This document shows positions 38,608 through 49,832 of a DNA stretch of 64,000 bases, one piece after another. The translations under genes were made by a program, and so were the position numbers. Position 1 is the stretch's first letter; every line of letters begins with the position of its first letter. The notes beneath the pieces were generated by a model. It was not told the DNA's origin and did no database searches. It was given only the letters and a program-made list of their open reading frames with translations. The DNA is taken from the NCBI GenBank assembly GCA_009993885.1, contig JAACSN010000011.1:28654-92653 (forward strand), read 5' to 3'. The stretch is from Alphaproteobacteria bacterium (GTDB taxonomy: Bacteria > Pseudomonadota > Alphaproteobacteria > Caedimonadales > UBA9215).

Positions 38608-41600
38608 TTAGGCCGATTCGTCTTTTATTCTCTTTATTTTCTCTCGCTCTAATTGACGTTTGACATCATCGGGTGCTCCGGTTTTTCGGGCAAATAAATC
38701 ATAAGCAACGGGAATGATAAAAAGGGTAAAGAGGATACCGGCAGAGACGCCGGAAAAGATAACGATGCCGATAGCGCGTCTTGTTTCTGCCCCCGGACCG
38801 GAAGCAAGAATTAAGGGAAGAGAACCCGCAACCGTTGTAATGCCTGTCATGATAATCGGTCGCAATCTCGCTAAGCAAGCTTGCCGTAAGGCTTTTGAAA
38901 ATTCGATGCCGTCATTTCGAAGTTGGTTTGCGAATTCGACAATCAAAATACCGTTCTTGGCAGACAATCCCACCAAAATGATAAGGCTGACTTGGGTATA
39001 GATATTTAAGGTGCCGTTGGTGAGCCAAATGCCTAAAAGAGCTCCTGTAAGAGAGAGGGGAACCGTTAAAATGATCACAAAAGGGTGAATGTAGCTTTCA
39101 AATTGTGCCGCCAAAACCAAAAAAACGACAATGAGCCCCAGTAGGAAAATAAAGATAATGGAAGATTGGGCAGATTGAAAATCTAAGGATTCTCCTTTGT
39201 AATCAATAACAACGGATTCCGGGAGGTGTTCTTTGGCGAGGGTTCGCAAGTGTTCGAGAGCCGAGCCAAGGGTTAAACCCTCGGCAAGGTTTGCCTCGAG
39301 GGTGACGGCTCGAACGCGGTTATAGCGATTTAACGCTTTGCTGTCGGCAAATTCTTCTAGGGTGACGAGGTTGGAGAGGGGGATAAGTTGCTGAGTTGCC
39401 GATGATCTCACATAAATATTATTGATATCTCGTAGGTTTGATTTGAGGTTTTTCTCTGCTTCAAGGATAACGTCATAATCCTCGCCGTCTTCAATATAGG
39501 TTGTAACACGCCTTGAACCTAAGAGGGTTTCCAAGGTACGGCTTATGTTTTGAATGCTTACCCCTAAATCGGCGGCTCTGTCTCGTTTTACTGTGACAAG
39601 GATTTGGGGTTGGGTTTCTTTATAATCTGAATCAAGATCAATCAACCCGGGGTTGGATTCTTGGAGCTTTTCCAAGAGGATATTACGATAAGAAGCGAGT
39701 TCTTTATAGGTGCCTCCGCCGATCACGAATTGCACAGGTTTTTGGATGCGTCCGCCAAATCCTTGTCGCATAACCGGAAAAGCCCTCACACCGGGAAGAT
39801 CCGAGAGGTTTCGGGCAATTTCTCCCATAATGGGGAACGCATTTCGCCGTTCTCCCCAAGGCTTCAAAACACTAATAACAATGCCGTCATTAAAGCTCGA
39901 GATTGAGCCGAACCCTGCAGGTGTTCTTACAAGAAGACGATCTATTTCCCCTTTTGTGACATAGCTCATGAGTCTTTTTTCAATTTCGGTCATATAGGCC
40001 GCTGTGTAACTATAGCTTGCGCCTTCTTGGGCAGAAACAAACAGAAAAAAGGCTCCTCGATCTTCCTTAGGCGTATACTCTTTAGGGATAACGGAGAGCA
40101 AAAAACCGGAGCTTGCGACAATGCATAAACTTAAAATCCCAATAACGCTTTTGTGCGTTAAAGCTTTGTTAAGATAGTTCTCATAAGTGTTGCTTAGTTT
40201 CTTAAAAAAGGAAGGAGGGGCGGGATCTAAGCCTGTTTTCGAGGTAGGGGGCTTGAGCAGCTTGGAGGCCATCATCGGACATAAGGATAGAGCTATAAAT
40301 GTTGAAAAGGAAACAGCAGCCGCAAGGGTAACGGCAAATTCTGTAAAAATCCTCCCGAGATCACCCTTTAAAAAAGCGATGGGGATAAAAACGGCGACCA
40401 GAACAACGGTAGTTGAAATAACGGCAAAGTGGACTTGTCGGGTACCGTAATAGGCAGCAACGAGAGGTGTTTCTCCTTCGGCAATGCGCCTTGATATGTT
40501 TTCAAGGACAACAATGGCATCATCAACAACGAGACCGATGGCCAAAACAAGCCCCAGTAAGGTTAGGATATTTAATGAAAACCCTGCAGGATAGAGGATA
40601 ATAAAGGTTGCAATCAACGAGACGGGAACCGTTAATGCGGGAATAAGCATGGCAGAAACGTTTTTGAGGAAAATAAAGATCACAATGGTGACGAGCAGTA
40701 AGGCAAAAAAGAGGGTTTTATAAACCTCGGCAATTGCTCCTTCTACAAAGACGGAGGTGTCATAAGAATTGATGAGGCGCATTCCCTCGGGCAGCTCTTC
40801 TTGTAATCTTTTGCTAAGATCGACCGTTGCTTTTGCGACATCAATGGTGTTTGCTTTGGATTGTTTTACAATGCCGAGGCCGATCATGGGTTGGCCGTTT
40901 CCTCGGAAAAAAGTCCTATTTTCAACAGCCGCTTTTTCGACGCGAGCGACGTCTCCCAAGCGTATAAGGTAATTATCTTTACGGGCAATAACCAAGTTTT
41001 TAAAATCCTCGGGAGAAGTATAAAGACGTTTCATGCGGGCGGTGAATTGTATGTCTGTTGATTCAATGCTACCGGCAGGTAATTCAACGTTTTCAAGACG
41101 TAGAGCCGATTCAATATCTGCAATGGTTAAGCCGCGGGCAGCTAGTTTTTGACGATCCGCCCAAATACGCATGGAGTATTCGAGGCCGCCGCCAATACGC
41201 ACACGGGCAACACCCGGTAAAACGGAAAAGCGATCTTGCAGATAGCGTCGAGCATAGTCCGTTAGCTCAAGGGTAGAAAGGCGATCGCTTACAAGATTCA
41301 ACCATAAAATAACATCGTCACTCGCATCGGCTTTTTGGATATCGGGAGCATCGGCTTCTTCGGGTAAATCATCAAGGATCCCGGAAACGCGGTCTCTGAT
41401 ATCGTTGGTGGCTCCGTCAATATCTCGGTTGATATCAAATTCAACGGTAATGCGAGAGCGGCCGTCGGACGAGGAGGATTCAATAAATTTAATCCCTTCG
41501 ATGCCCGAAATGCGATCTTCAATTAATTGGGTAATGCGTGTTTCAATAAGGGCGGCGGAAGCGCCTTTATAATCGGTATTTACGGAAACAACGGGAGGGT

Positions 41601-41721
41601 CAATATCCGGATATTCGCGCAAAGAAATCCTTTGAAAAGAGACAATGCCGAAGGCAATAAGAAGGAGGGAAAAAACAGAAGCAAGAACGGGTCTCTTGAC
41701 GCAAATATCCGATAGGGTCAT
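38608..41721 (-). CDS. RND efflux permease (AcrB/MdtB family)
   Basis: REYPDIDPPVV, GLVVDDAIVVLENI, KNGILIVEFA and RLRPIIMT. Confidence 0.97.
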   Translation of the reverse strand: MTLSDICVKRPVLASVFSLLLIAFGIVSFQRISLREYPDIDPPVVSVNTDYKGASAALIETRITQLIEDRISGIEGIKFIESSSSDGRSRITVEFDINRDIDGATNDIRDRVSGILDDLPEEADAPDIQKADASDDVILWLNLVSDRLSTLELTDYARRYLQDRFSVLPGVARVRIGGGLEYSMRIWADRQKLAARGLTIADIESALRLENVELPAGSIESTDIQFTARMKRLYTSPEDFKNLVIARKDNYLIRLGDVARVEKAAVENRTFFRGNGQPMIGLGIVKQSKANTIDVAKATVDLSKRLQEELPEGMRLINSYDTSVFVEGAIAEVYKTLFFALLLVTIVIFIFLKNVSAMLIPALTVPVSLIATFIILYPAGFSLNILTLLGLVLAIGLVVDDAIVVLENISRRIAEGETPLVAAYYGTRQVHFAVISTTVVLVAVFIPIAFLKGDLGRIFTEFAVTLAAAVSFSTFIALSLCPMMASKLLKPPTSKTGLDPAPPSFFKKLSNTYENYLNKALTHKSVIGILSLCIVASSGFLLSVIPKEYTPKEDRGAFFLFVSAQEGASYSYTAAYMTEIEKRLMSYVTKGEIDRLLVRTPAGFGSISSFNDGIVISVLKPWGERRNAFPIMGEIARNLSDLPGVRAFPVMRQGFGGRIQKPVQFVIGGGTYKELASYRNILLEKLQESNPGLIDLDSDYKETQPQILVTVKRDRAADLGVSIQNISRTLETLLGSRRVTTYIEDGEDYDVILEAEKNLKSNLRDINNIYVRSSATQQLIPLSNLVTLEEFADSKALNRYNRVRAVTLEANLAEGLTLGSALEHLRTLAKEHLPESVVIDYKGESLDFQSAQSSIIFIFLLGLIVVFLVLAAQFESYIHPFVIILTVPLSLTGALLGIWLTNGTLNIYTQVSLIILVGLSAKNGILIVEFANQLRNDGIEFSKALRQACLARLRPIIMTGITTVAGSLPLILASGPGAETRRAIGIVIFSGVSAGILFTLFIIPVAYDLFARKTGAPDDVKRQLEREKIKRIKDESA

Positions 41722-42812
41722 GGAGGCGTCTCACTTTTTGTTAGGCTCTTTGTTTGTTTTTTCTCTGTTTGTTCTTTAGGGATTCTGAGGGGGTCGTGAG
41801 GCGTTACCTTTGCGCCGTCACGGATTTTAAAATGACCTTCCGTAATAATTTGTTGTGTGTCCTTTAAGCCTGTTAATACTTCAACCTTGCTCTTTAGACG
41901 GCTACCGAGCGTGACCAAGGTGCGTGACGCTGTTTGAGTTTTTGGGTTAAAAAGAAAAACAAAGCTTTTATCTCCTTCTTGAAGGATAGATTTTTCCTCG
42001 ATGAGGAGAGCCTCTCTCGGAGACGTTTCTATAATGACATTCGCAATCATTCCGGGCTTTAAAAGATAATCTTGATTCTCAATAAGCGCTCTTATCATAA
42101 CGGTTCGGGTGTTTGGATTGACGCTTGTATCTATGGTTTTAATCTCACCTTTTAGGGTTATATGAGGGTAGGCATCAACAAAAGCTTTGATGGTTTGTCC
42201 TTCCTTTATATCTTTGAGGTGTAGATCGGGGACATCAAAATCAACTTTGAGGGAGGATATGTCGGAAAGAGTTGCAATTCGATCTCCGGGTTGCACAAGC
42301 TCCCCAAGGCTAATATCGCTGAGGCCGATAATGCCGTCAAAGGGAGCCGCCAATGTTAAGTCTTTTATTTGGGCTTGCAAAACATTAATACGTGCTTCGG
42401 CTTCTAATAAAGCCGTTTTTCTCTCTTTAAGAGCTGCATCGGAAATATTATTAGATTTCTTGAGGCCTTGTGCCCGATTAAAGGTCTCTTTTGCCTCGGA
42501 AAGCAAGGCCAGAGCAGAATCTAAGGTTGCCAATTCTTCTTGTTGATTCAGACGTAACAAAATGTCGCCCTTATGAACGAGCGTACCCTCTTTAAAGAGA
42601 ATTTCTGATACTTTTTGTATTGTGTTGGGCGTCAGGATAATCGTATTTAAAGCTTTGGTTGTGCCGAGGGCTTCCAAGGGGGTATGGATGGTTTGAGAAA
42701 TAACCGTTTCAATAACTACAGAAGGCGCATAAGCTGCCGGTTGTTTTGAAAATCCAAGGTTCGGGTATAAAATTAGGGAAGAGAAAAGAATAACTCTATA
42801 AAAAAATATCAT
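41718..42812 (-). CDS. RND periplasmic adaptor (MFP)
   Basis: APFDGIIG, VDFDVP, TRTV.IRA and LKPGM. Start chosen at MIFFYR after AGGATAG. Confidence 0.93.
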   Translation of the reverse strand: MIFFYRVILFSSLILYPNLGFSKQPAAYAPSVVIETVISQTIHTPLEALGTTKALNTIILTPNTIQKVSEILFKEGTLVHKGDILLRLNQQEELATLDSALALLSEAKETFNRAQGLKKSNNISDAALKERKTALLEAEARINVLQAQIKDLTLAAPFDGIIGLSDISLGELVQPGDRIATLSDISSLKVDFDVPDLHLKDIKEGQTIKAFVDAYPHITLKGEIKTIDTSVNPNTRTVMIRALIENQDYLLKPGMIANVIIETSPREALLIEEKSILQEGDKSFVFLFNPKTQTASRTLVTLGSRLKSKVEVLTGLKDTQQIITEGHFKIRDGAKVTPHDPLRIPKEQTEKKQTKSLTKSETPP

Positions 42813-42937
42813 ACTATCCTGTTTTTTTTCGCCTTCTGTCTTATAAAGACTATAAGGAATTTTCAAAAACTGAAAGAAAAAAACGTAAAAAGAGATTGTC
42901 AAAGCCGTCGTTTATTTTTCCTATGGTTAAACCGACT

Positions 42938-43201
42938 TTAATGTACCCTTAATAATTCATCAATATTATCGTATTCTGTCGGGCGAACGATCTCAACGCT
43001 GGCAAGGGTTACGGAATGCAAGCTGCCGTCGAGGTTTTCTTTCCAAAATTTTAAGAACTTACGTAAAATGGGGAAGCTTGGGACTTGGTCATATTCCTGC
43101 CAGATATAGCTTTGAAGAAGCTCGGGATAATCCGGTAAGTGATATAGGATTTCGGCCGTTGTGAGGCGGTAACCGTGTAATTGTAATTTCAAGTGATCCA
43201 T
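42938..43201 (-). CDS. usg: Usg family protein
   Basis: GYRLTTAEILYHLPDYP.LLQSYIWQ.YD..P.FP.L..FL.FW...LDG.LHSV. Confidence 0.93.
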   Translation of the reverse strand: MDHLKLQLHGYRLTTAEILYHLPDYPELLQSYIWQEYDQVPSFPILRKFLKFWKENLDGSLHSVTLASVEIVRPTEYDNIDELLRVH

Positions 43202-43298
43202 AATAATACCCCCTCTTTACTTTTCTTATTAATTTTATTATTTCATTTCAAGGTAAATAAAAGGTTAATAATATGAATAATTTAATATTTTAGAGGTT

Positions 43299-43703
43299 TT
43301 ATAGGAGGGGGCTTTTTAATTTGTGTAAGGCCTGTGCACATAAGCCGTAATCAAGCCAGCGACATCCTTTGCAAATACGCCGGTGGTCGTCTAAGGTTAA
43401 AGAAGCTAAGCGAGATTGGGCTTCTTTCCAAGTAATCTCATCCCCCTCGGACAATCTCAAAGCGTCGGCATGGGCTTGGTCAAGGGTTTCGATCTTTGAT
43501 TGTTTATCACATAAGGATCCTTGGCGATGGGGGCAGGGGGCGCAGATGGCATCCGTCTTTAGGGTTACTTTTAAGAGGGTTTCATCGGTGAGATCTTGTT
43601 TTATGGCGCTAAAGTTTTTGATAAAGTCTTTGGAATAGCCTTTACCTTGAAAACCTAAAGTGCAAAAAAAATGATGGGGTCGATAGAGAATTTTGGCGTT
43701 CAT
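43299..43703 (-). CDS. DUF1284 putative Fe-S protein
   Basis: RPHHFFC..GFQGKGYS, DAICAPCP and C.GC.W...C. Confidence 0.88.
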   Translation of the reverse strand: MNAKILYRPHHFFCTLGFQGKGYSKDFIKNFSAIKQDLTDETLLKVTLKTDAICAPCPHRQGSLCDKQSKIETLDQAHADALRLSEGDEITWKEAQSRLASLTLDDHRRICKGCRWLDYGLCAQALHKLKSPLL

Positions 43704-43764
43704 CTTGTATCTCTTTTATGAAGACGTTATTGTTATAGCCGTGATTAGCTCTCTAGGGAACCCC

Positions 43765-44073
43765 ATGAAATTAACCGAGCATAATAATAAAGTGCGTTTG
43801 TTGGTGAAGTTAACCCCGTCGGCTTCTCAAAATAAATTGGTTAGCCTTGAGGAAGATTTGTTGGGAGAGGTTATTTTAAAAGCCATGGTGACTGTCGTTC
43901 CTGAAAAAGGCCAAGCCAATAAGGCTTTGATTAAGCTTTTCTCAAAATCTCTCAATCTTCCTAAATCTGCTTTTGAAATTGTGCGAGGAGAGCTTTCTCG
44001 CACTAAGCTCTTTGAAATTGATTGCACTGCTAAAGAGCTTTTACAAAAGTTTCAAAGTTTAAAACTGCCGTAA
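43765..44073 (+). CDS. DUF167 (YggU/UPF0235) protein
   Basis: VKLTPSAS, PEKGQANKALI and GELSRTK. Confidence 0.88.
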   Translation: MKLTEHNNKVRLLVKLTPSASQNKLVSLEEDLLGEVILKAMVTVVPEKGQANKALIKLFSKSLNLPKSAFEIVRGELSRTKLFEIDCTAKELLQKFQSLKLP

Positions 44074-44074
44074 G

Positions 44075-44494
44075 ATGCCTGTTCTTTTTTATGCCTTACA
44101 AATGTTTCTTTTAAGCCTTTTATCCTATGAGGATTATCGCACAAAGCGCATCTCTTTGTGGCTTTTATTGATGTTCGTGGGGTTTACTCTCGGGGGGGTA
44201 GTCTTCCTGAAAGGATTCGTTGATTATACTGTTGTCTTTGGCATCCTCGGGTTTCTTATTCTTTTGAAGGTAGGCGTGTTTTTAGGGACGGGCAAGTCCC
44301 TCATAGGGAACGGGGATCTGATTTTATTGTTGCCTCTTTTGGCTTCCCTTGACTTGACGGAATTCCCTTTTTTCTTAATCCTTGCGGGGCTGGGGGGGAT
44401 TGTGACATGCTCTTTAATATCTTCTAAAAGAGCGCCGTTTGTACCTGCATTATCTCTTTCATATGGTATCGTTTTGCTGGTAAGATATATATAA
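44075..44494 (+). CDS. A24 prepilin peptidase-like protein
   Basis: YEDYRTKRI, GNGD and PFVPAL; hydrophobic. Confidence 0.75.
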   Translation: MPVLFYALQMFLLSLLSYEDYRTKRISLWLLLMFVGFTLGGVVFLKGFVDYTVVFGILGFLILLKVGVFLGTGKSLIGNGDLILLLPLLASLDLTEFPFFLILAGLGGIVTCSLISSKRAPFVPALSLSYGIVLLVRYI

Positions 44495-44517
44495 AAATAA
44501 AAAAGGTTACAACCCCT

Positions 44518-45201
44518 ATGCCTAAAAAGTTTACACCTCCACCCCCTTCACCCGTGCGGGATAAAGTCGACCTCCACGGCCCTATTATTTTGCCGACCTG
44601 TGGAACCGTTAAGCGTCTGGTTATTATTTTTCACGGGTATGGCGCCGATGGGGAGAATCTCATTGATCTTGGCTACGCATGGCAAGACTTGTTGCCGGAA
44701 ACGGCCTTTATTGCGCCGAATGCTCCGACGCCTTGTGAGATGGGAGGCGGAGGGTGGCAATGGTTTTCCCTTGAGGAAAAAACAACAGACCTTGTGCAAG
44801 AACGCTTGAGAAATGTAAAAGAGACGGTACACTCTTATATTAAAGGACAAGCTGAAAAGTACAATGTTGATTTGAGAGATGTGGCTCTCGTGGGCTTTTC
44901 CCAAGGCGCGATGTTAGCAATTCATCAAAGTATTTATGCCCTTCGTCAGTGCGCGGGAGTTGTTGCTTTTTCCGGGGGATTTACCTTGGATGAGGATTTA
45001 GAGCAAAAGGGTTTTCCAAAGGTTTTATTATGCCATGGAGACGCCGATCAGGTGGTGCCTGTTGATTTCAGTCGCCGAGGGTATGAGGATTTAAAAACTT
45101 TAAGAGCCCGACCCCAATTGTTGATTTCCCCAAAAGTTGGACATCAAATCAGCGAAGAAGGCTTTAAGGCTGCTGGTTTGTTTCTCAAAGACCTGATATA
45201 A
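44518..45201 (+). CDS. Phospholipase/carboxylesterase (YpfH-like)
   Basis: HGYGADG, GFSQG, HGDADQVV and GHQI. Confidence 0.92.
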   Translation: MPKKFTPPPPSPVRDKVDLHGPIILPTCGTVKRLVIIFHGYGADGENLIDLGYAWQDLLPETAFIAPNAPTPCEMGGGGWQWFSLEEKTTDLVQERLRNVKETVHSYIKGQAEKYNVDLRDVALVGFSQGAMLAIHQSIYALRQCAGVVAFSGGFTLDEDLEQKGFPKVLLCHGDADQVVPVDFSRRGYEDLKTLRARPQLLISPKVGHQISEEGFKAAGLFLKDLI

Positions 45202-45329
45202 TAATCGGGCATATACGTCATTGAGGAGCTGAAAAATACCTTTTTGGTTTTACCGCTTGTAAAAAGAAAAATAGGATTGTTGTTTTTCAAAATGCTTCTT
45301 TATTAGGAGCTCTTTAGAACAGATAATAA

Positions 45330-46313
<984 letters not shown>

Positions 46314-46340
46314 TAAAAAGACTAAAAGGATAAATGTCCC

Positions 46341-47510
46341 ATGAAAATTCATGAGTACCAAGCAAAGCAATTGTTAAGTAAGTTTGGGGTTCCCGTAAGC
46401 CCCGGTAAAATTGCCTATACGGCTCAAGAAGCCGAAGAGGCTGCTAAGGAATTGGGCGGCAGTGTTTGGGCAGTTAAGGCTCAAATTCATGCCGGAGGCC
46501 GTGGTAAAGGGGGCGGCGTTAAGCTTGCTAAATCCTTGGCAGAAGTAAAGGAACAGGCGGAAAATATTATCGGCATGACTTTGGTGACCCCTCAAACCGG
46601 CGAAGAGGGACAAGAAGTCCGACGGGTTTATATCGAAAAAGGATGTGCCATTGCCAAAGAACTTTATTTCAGCATTCTGCTTGATCGTGCAACGGGATGT
46701 CTGACCTGTGTTGCTTCAGAAGCAGGCGGTATGGATATTGAGGAAGTGGCTGCAACCGCTCCTGAAAAAATTAAGAAAATAACTTTGGACGTGGCTCTTG
46801 GTTTTCAAGACTATCAAGGCCGAGACCTTGCTTTTGCTTTGAACCTGGAGGGAAAAACAGCTCTCCAAGTTGCTCGCTTAATTAAAGGCGTGTATGAGAC
46901 TTATTATCATTACGATGCAAGTCTTATTGAAATTAATCCCTTGGCCATTACGGAAGAAGGTAATTGCATAGCTTTGGATGCCAAGATGGAGTTCGATGAT
47001 AATGCTCTTTATCGTCACGGGGACATAGAAGAATTACGGGATCTTGATGAAGAAGACCCTTCTGAGTACGAGGCCAATAAACATGATCTGAGTTACATTA
47101 AATTGGACGGTAATATCGGTTGTATGGTGAATGGAGCAGGGCTTGCCATGGCAACTATGGATGTGATTAAACTTTTTGGCGGAGAGCCCGCAAACTTCTT
47201 GGATGTCGGCGGAGGCGCTCCCCGTGAAAGAGTAACGACGGCCTTTAAATTGATTCTCAGTGACCCTAATGTTGAAGGTATTTTAGTTAATATTTTTGGC
47301 GGTATTATGCGTTGCGATATTATTGCCGAAGGCGTTGTGGCTGCTGCAAAGGAAGTCGGTATTAATGTGCCTTTGGTTGTGCGTCTTGAGGGTACAAACG
47401 TTCATCAAGGAAAGGAAATACTGAAAAATTCGGGTCTCTCTATTCTTGCTGCCGATGACCTTGGTGACGCTGCAAAGCTAATTGTACAATCTGTGAAGGA
47501 GGCCGCGTGA
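46341..47510 (+). CDS. sucC: Succinyl-CoA synthetase beta subunit
   Basis: [27 protein letters not shown] and NIFGGI. Confidence 0.99.
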   Translation: MKIHEYQAKQLLSKFGVPVSPGKIAYTAQEAEEAAKELGGSVWAVKAQIHAGGRGKGGGVKLAKSLAEVKEQAENIIGMTLVTPQTGEEGQEVRRVYIEKGCAIAKELYFSILLDRATGCLTCVASEAGGMDIEEVAATAPEKIKKITLDVALGFQDYQGRDLAFALNLEGKTALQVARLIKGVYETYYHYDASLIEINPLAITEEGNCIALDAKMEFDDNALYRHGDIEELRDLDEEDPSEYEANKHDLSYIKLDGNIGCMVNGAGLAMATMDVIKLFGGEPANFLDVGGGAPRERVTTAFKLILSDPNVEGILVNIFGGIMRCDIIAEGVVAAAKEVGINVPLVVRLEGTNVHQGKEILKNSGLSILAADDLGDAAKLIVQSVKEAA

Positions 47511-47511
47511 A

Positions 47512-48408
47512 ATGAGTGTGCTCGTTAATAAATCAACCAAAGTTATTTGTCAAGGATTCACCGGCGCCCAAGGAACCTTTCACTCGGAACAAGCTATTGA
47601 ATACGGCACGAACATGGTGGGCGGTGTTACGCCCGGTAAGGGGGGGACGACTCACTTAGGCTTACCCGTTTTTAATACGGTGAAAGAGGCCGTCAAGGCG
47701 ACGGGTGCCGACGCAACGGTTATTTATGTACCGCCTCCTTTTGCAGCAGATGCTATTTTAGAAGCTATAGCGGCTTGTATCCCGTTGATTATTTGCATTA
47801 CGGAAGGAATCCCCGTTTTGGATATGGTTAAGGTAAAACGGGCTTTGGCCGACTCGGCTTCTCGTTTAATTGGCCCCAATTGCCCCGGTGTTATTACTCC
47901 CGGGGAATGCAAGATCGGTATTATGCCGGGCCATATCCATCAACCGGGCAAGATTGGTATCGTATCTCGTTCGGGGACGCTTACTTACGAAGCTGTGTGG
48001 CAAACAACCAAGGTTGGCCTTGGTCAAACCACTTGTATCGGTATCGGCGGAGATCCGATTCCCGGAACCACGTTTGTCGATTGTATCGAGATGTTTTTGA
48101 ATGATCCTAAAACAGAGGGGATTGTTATGATCGGCGAGATCGGGGGTAGCGCCGAAGAAGAGGCTGCAGCTTTGATTAAAGGCCATGCCGTCAAAAAACC
48201 TGTAGTTGGCTTTATTGCCGGTGTGACGGCACCTGAAGGACGTCGGATGGGTCATGCGGGTGCTATTGTGTCCGGTGGTGAGGGGACGGCTCAGGGTAAA
48301 ATTTCTGCCATGAAGGCAGCCGGCATTGTGATGTCGGATTCCCCGGCGGATATTGGAAAAGTGATGCTCGAAGTGATGGAAAAATGCAAGCATAACAAGG
48401 CTTCTTAA
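47512..48408 (+). CDS. sucD: Succinyl-CoA synthetase alpha subunit
   Basis: [20 protein letters not shown] and RMGHAGA. Confidence 0.99.
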   Translation: MSVLVNKSTKVICQGFTGAQGTFHSEQAIEYGTNMVGGVTPGKGGTTHLGLPVFNTVKEAVKATGADATVIYVPPPFAADAILEAIAACIPLIICITEGIPVLDMVKVKRALADSASRLIGPNCPGVITPGECKIGIMPGHIHQPGKIGIVSRSGTLTYEAVWQTTKVGLGQTTCIGIGGDPIPGTTFVDCIEMFLNDPKTEGIVMIGEIGGSAEEEAAALIKGHAVKKPVVGFIAGVTAPEGRRMGHAGAIVSGGEGTAQGKISAMKAAGIVMSDSPADIGKVMLEVMEKCKHNKAS

Positions 48409-48432
48409 GAAGCCTCTAAGGTTTGTCGGACG

Positions 48433-48475
48433 AAATAAGGCCCCCCAAGAGGGGCTTTTTTTATAAGAGGATAAT
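48433..48475 (+). repeat. Repeat A copy 1 (terminator hairpin fused to an RBS)
   Basis: AAATAAGGCCCCCCAAGAGGGGCTTTTTTTATAAGAGGATAAT; a near-identical copy lies at 49453. Confidence 0.85.
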
Positions 48476-48477
48476 TG

Positions 48478-49065
48478 ATGGCTAAAATTGAAAAGTTACA
48501 ACAGCATAAGAATGAGTTGGAGAGTTTGCATCAAGTTTTTTTAGGTATTAAGTTGCTGTACGAATGTGTGATGCCGAAAGGAGGGTATATCTTAAAAGAT
48601 CGTTATTTCAATTTTTTTATTATAGAAATGAAAAAAGTACTTTACGGAAAGTTGATTATTCTTTTATCAGATAATAAGTATAAAAAGTACAATACATCTA
48701 GCTATAAAATATTGATCCAAAAGATTATGGAAAATAAAAAATTGATAGGGGATAAAGAAAAAAGGAAGATGGAGTGCTATTTAAAGGGATTAAATAAGGT
48801 GGAAGGAGACTATAAAGAGTTTAGGGACAAGTATTTCGCTCATATTGAATTAGATGAAGAATTTAAGTTGTTAGATATTGAAAGATTAAAAATTTCAAAC
48901 CATAAGATCACAAAGCTGATGAAAAAAGTGGAACGAATACATAACAGACTGTCTTTGGTTATTTATAAGGGATCTTCCGATCATCTGGCCGGTGATATAG
49001 GAAGGCTCTCTCAGAAAATCTGGTCTGCCTATGAGCAAGTTGGTTTGGTTGAAAAAGACACATAA
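48478..49065 (+). CDS. Putative HEPN-domain RNase (AbiU2-like)
   Basis: Helical-looking 195 aa protein with RDKYFAH (R-D/N-x3-A-H). Visibly AT-rich DNA. ATG follows GAGG. Confidence 0.65.
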   Translation: MAKIEKLQQHKNELESLHQVFLGIKLLYECVMPKGGYILKDRYFNFFIIEMKKVLYGKLIILLSDNKYKKYNTSSYKILIQKIMENKKLIGDKEKRKMECYLKGLNKVEGDYKEFRDKYFAHIELDEEFKLLDIERLKISNHKITKLMKKVERIHNRLSLVIYKGSSDHLAGDIGRLSQKIWSAYEQVGLVEKDT

Positions 49066-49071
49066 TTTAGC

Positions 49072-49094
49072 AGGTCACCTCTAGTTTTTATATT
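49072..49094 (+). repeat. Repeat B copy 1
   Basis: AGGTCACCTCTAGTTTTTATATT; the second copy lies at 49692. Confidence 0.65.
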
Positions 49095-49143
49095 CATTCC
49101 AAAAAGTTTCCCTACTATTTGATGAGCTGATCCATGGTAACAT

Positions 49144-49344
49144 TTATGGGTGCGTATTGTCTAAGTTTCTTGAGAATAGCAAAATTTTGTTCAGTGGGAT
49201 TAAAGTCCGGAGAATAGGGTTAAGCTCGCGCCATGGTGCCGAACCAAGTTGAATGGATTTTGGCGCCCTTTTCTCCAAAATGTCCGGATCGCAAGCAAAA
49301 GAAGTTGATAATGAAATAATAAATATAAGTAAAAATTTAAACAT
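49144..49344 (-). CDS. Small secreted-type hypothetical protein, possibly a truncated remnant
   Basis: MFKFLLIFIISLSTSFA-CDPDILEKR signal peptide, 66 aa. Confidence 0.4.
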   Translation of the reverse strand: MFKFLLIFIISLSTSFACDPDILEKRAPKSIQLGSAPWRELNPILRTLIPLNKILLFSRNLDNTHP

Positions 49345-49452
49345 CTTTATACTACAAGTTAACTTTTTGTAAATACAACACATAATATTATTTTTCAATT
49401 TAAAATGACGTTGTTTGAAATAACACATACACCTCGTGGGGAGAGGGAGGAA

Positions 49453-49491
49453 AAATAAGTCCCCAAGAGGGGCTTTTTTATAGGGGATAAT
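49453..49491 (+). repeat. Repeat A copy 2
   Basis: AAATAAGTCCCCAAGAGGGGCTTTTTTATAGGGGATAAT. Confidence 0.85.
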
Positions 49492-49497
49492 CTTGCT

Positions 49498-49704
49498 GTG
49501 GCGCTACCGGAAGGTATAGAAGATCTTTTACTTATTTTGGATAATCAGGAAAACATAATGGATGAGGCGGAGCTTGGCGCAGCAAAGAGTTATGCAGCAA
49601 CGATGAGTAAATATGAAAAAGCTGCTTTAACGGCTGCCTTAAAGCAAAGAGAGAATAAAAATGCTTTGAAACAAGTACCGGATATTCTCGAAGGTCGGCT
49701 CTAG
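49498..49704 (+). CDS. Small hypothetical protein (68 aa)
   Basis: GTG start after the AGGGG RBS of repeat A2; helical composition. Confidence 0.45.
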   Translation: MALPEGIEDLLLILDNQENIMDEAELGAAKSYAATMSKYEKAALTAALKQRENKNALKQVPDILEGRL

Positions 49705-49715
49705 TTTTTAGTATT
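49692..49715 (+). repeat. Repeat B copy 2
   Basis: AGGTCGGCTCTAGTTTTTAGTATT, containing the ORF stop. Confidence 0.65.
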
Positions 49716-49832
49716 TTTTAAAATTATTTGAGATCGTAGGGGCGTTGTTTTTTTGTAAGAGGCAACGCTCTTCCTATCTTTTATAGTAAGCTCTTCACAT
49801 GTGGCGGAGCCAAAGAATACGAAGCTCTCTTT

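Noticed and set aside
36571-44494. dprA plus prepilin peptidase as a competence island
   Set aside because: dprA is in its usual plsY-dprA-topA context, and no other com or pilus genes are in the window.
48433-49491. Repeats as a CRISPR array, attC sites or IS ends
   Set aside because: There are only two imperfect copies about 1 kb apart, with no cas, integrase or transposase. They are kept only as cassette flanks.
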